Under the pieces are notes generated by a model that searched no databases, was not told the origin of the DNA, and saw only the letters and a list, made by a program, of their open reading frames with translations. Source: Escherichia coli (GTDB taxonomy: Bacteria > Pseudomonadota > Gammaproteobacteria > Enterobacterales > Enterobacteriaceae). From it: DNA of 281 nucleotides. The position numbers were made by a program, and so were the translations under genes. The stretch lies in assembly GCF_003334405.1 (NCBI RefSeq), contig NZ_QOWM01000071.1. One strand, given 5' to 3'. Within the stretch, counting starts at the first letter, position 1. Every line of letters starts with the position of its first letter. Positions 1 through 281 of the stretch are shown here, piece by piece.

Positions 1-75
1 GGTCGTTAGCTCAGTTGGTAGAGCAGTTGACTTTTAATCAATTGGTCGCAGGTTCGAATCCTGCACGACCCACCA
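1..75 (+). tRNA. lysT: tRNA-Lys (anticodon UUU), 5'-partial (tRNA position 1 lies just outside the window), genomically encoded CCA at 73-75
   Basis: Sequence matches the E. coli tRNA-Lys gene as I recall it. Cloverleaf verified by hand: acceptor 1-6 pairs with 65-70; D-stem 9-12 GCTC with 21-24 GAGC; anticodon stem 26-30 with 38-42; anticodon loop 31-37 CTTTTAA with anticodon TTT at 33-35; T-stem 48-52 GCAGG with 60-64 CCTGC; T-loop TTCGAAT; discriminator A72; CCA 73-75. E. coli has several identical tRNA-Lys genes; lysT is chosen because a 135-bp spacer to a downstream tRNA-Val fits my recollection of the lysT-valT junction. Not verified by search. Confidence 0.96.
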
Positions 76-114
76 ATCGCTAAGGTGGAAGCGGTAGTAA
101 AACGTGAAGGATAA

Positions 115-130
115 CGTTGCATGAGCAACG
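115..130 (+). other. Predicted RNA hairpin in the spacer transcript: 6-bp perfect stem CGTTGC/GCAACG with 4-nt loop ATGA
   Basis: Inverted repeat read directly from the sequence: 115-120 CGTTGC pairs with 125-130 GCAACG, loop 121-124. The only ATG in the spacer (121-123) sits in the loop. Folding in vivo is not established. Confidence 0.5.
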
Positions 131-141
131 GCCCGAAGGGC
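131..141 (+). other. Predicted short GC hairpin: GCCC-GAA-GGGC (4-bp stem, GAA triloop), directly abutting the 115-130 hairpin
   Basis: 131-134 GCCC is complementary to 138-141 GGGC. The stem is short and the loop tight, so stability is uncertain. No U-tract follows, so it is not an intrinsic terminator. Confidence 0.35.
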
Positions 142-157
142 GAGACGAAGTCGAGTC

Positions 158-175
158 ATCCTGCACGACCCACCA
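158..175 (+). repeat. Perfect 18-nt direct repeat of the tRNA-Lys 3' terminus (copy of 58-75: ATCCTGCACGACCCACCA), offset exactly 100 bp
   Basis: Direct comparison: 58-75 and 158-175 are identical. Identity stops at 57/157 (A vs C) and at 76/176 (A vs C). The copy covers the last 2 nt of the T-loop, the T-stem 3' strand, the acceptor 3' strand, the discriminator and CCA. No complementary 5' acceptor or T-stem strand lies nearby, so it is a fragment and not a folded tRNA. Confidence 0.9.
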
Positions 176-190
176 CTAACATAGTTAGTT

Positions 191-210
191 GTAGTATCCA
201 GCGTAGTATC
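191..210 (+). repeat. Two copies of GTAGTATC (191-198 and 203-210) separated by CAGC; the second copy ends at the base immediately 5' of tRNA-Val
   Basis: Exact 8-nt direct repeat read from the sequence. A third GTAGTA hexamer occurs at 94-99, and TAGT also occurs at 182-185 and 186-189. This is an A/U-rich 5' leader of the downstream tRNA. Confidence 0.6.
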
Positions 211-281
211 GGGTGATTAGCTCAGCTGGGAGAGCACCTCCCTTACAAGGAGGGGGTCGGCGGTTCGATCCCGTCATCACC
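211..281 (+). tRNA. valT: tRNA-Val (anticodon UAC), 3'-partial (ends at tRNA position 71; last acceptor base, discriminator and CCA are outside the window)
   Basis: Sequence matches the E. coli tRNA-Val(UAC) gene as I recall it. Cloverleaf verified: acceptor 5' strand 211-217 GGGTGAT with its partner ATCACC at 276-281; D-stem 220-223 GCTC with 232-235 GAGC; anticodon stem 237-241 CCTCC with 249-253 GGAGG; anticodon loop CTTACAA with anticodon TAC at 244-246; T-stem 259-263 GGCGG with 271-275 CCGTC (one G-U pair); T-loop TTCGATC. Paralog assignment (valT rather than valZ or the valU-operon copies) rests only on context and spacer length. Confidence 0.95.

Larger units (their letters stand above)
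76..210 (+). other. Internal transcribed spacer (ITS) between tRNA-Lys and tRNA-Val in a polycistronic tRNA precursor
   Basis: A 135-bp interval bounded by the CCA of tRNA-Lys and position 1 of tRNA-Val on the same strand. No convincing promoter or intrinsic terminator lies within it, so co-transcription is the simplest reading. Confidence 0.8.

Noticed and set aside
27-32. -35-like hexamer TTGACT
   Set aside because: It lies inside the tRNA-Lys anticodon stem and loop, with no -10 element at 16-19 bp spacing. Coincidental match within a structural RNA gene.
82-89. Shine-Dalgarno-like AAGGTGGA
   Set aside because: No ATG, GTG or TTG start codon lies within 4-12 nt downstream, so it does not define a translation start.
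6-122. Minus-strand ORF of about 38 codons, start codon complementary to 120-122 and stop complementary to 6-8
   Set aside because: It is almost entirely antisense to the tRNA-Lys gene and has no ribosome-binding site. Typical spurious ORF opposite a structural RNA.
115-141. Tandem hairpins as a rho-independent terminator
   Set aside because: No U-tract follows either hairpin (downstream is CGAGACGAAG), and a tRNA gene follows on the same strand.
189-209. Possible internal promoter for tRNA-Val: -10-like TAGTAT at 204-209 (also 192-197) with TTGTAG at 189-194 as a -35 candidate
   Set aside because: The -35 candidate is a poor match and its spacing to either -10-like hexamer is wrong. The hexamer abuts the mature tRNA 5' end, leaving no room for a transcription start and leader. 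The TAGTAT is better explained as part of the repeated GTAGTATC motif.
176-210. Weak resemblance of 184-196 (GTTAG..TTG.TAG) to the D-arm region of tRNA-Lys, suggesting a decayed tRNA 5' half after the 18-nt 3'-end copy
   Set aside because: The match needs several gaps in short A/T-rich sequence, and no complementary strands exist to form any tRNA arm. It cannot be separated from chance without comparison to paralogous spacers.
1-281. Scan for CRISPR repeats, REP/ERIC-type elements, IS termini or a defence or toxin gene
   Set aside because: No repeat-spacer periodicity, no terminal inverted repeats, and no ORF of meaningful length. The window is fully accounted for by two tRNA genes and their spacer.

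Overview
This 281-bp window is a slice of a polycistronic tRNA operon on the + strand, with no supportable protein-coding gene, mobile element or CRISPR array. It contains tRNA-Lys(UUU) at 1-75 (the window starts at tRNA position 2; the CCA end is encoded), a 135-bp internal transcribed spacer at 76-210, and the first 71 nt of tRNA-Val(UAC) at 211-281 (cut by the window edge). Both tRNA sequences match the Escherichia coli / enterobacterial tRNA-Lys and tRNA-Val(UAC) genes as I recall them, and the Lys-135 bp-Val layout fits the lysT-valT junction; the paralog assignment rests on my recollection of spacer length, not on a search. I see no evidence of a novel biological system. The most notable observation is a perfect 18-nt copy of the tRNA-Lys 3' terminus inside the spacer, exactly 100 bp downstream of the original. 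Lesser observations are two adjacent spacer hairpins, a recurring GTAGTA motif abutting the tRNA-Val 5' end, and a 31-codon ORF that is probably spurious.
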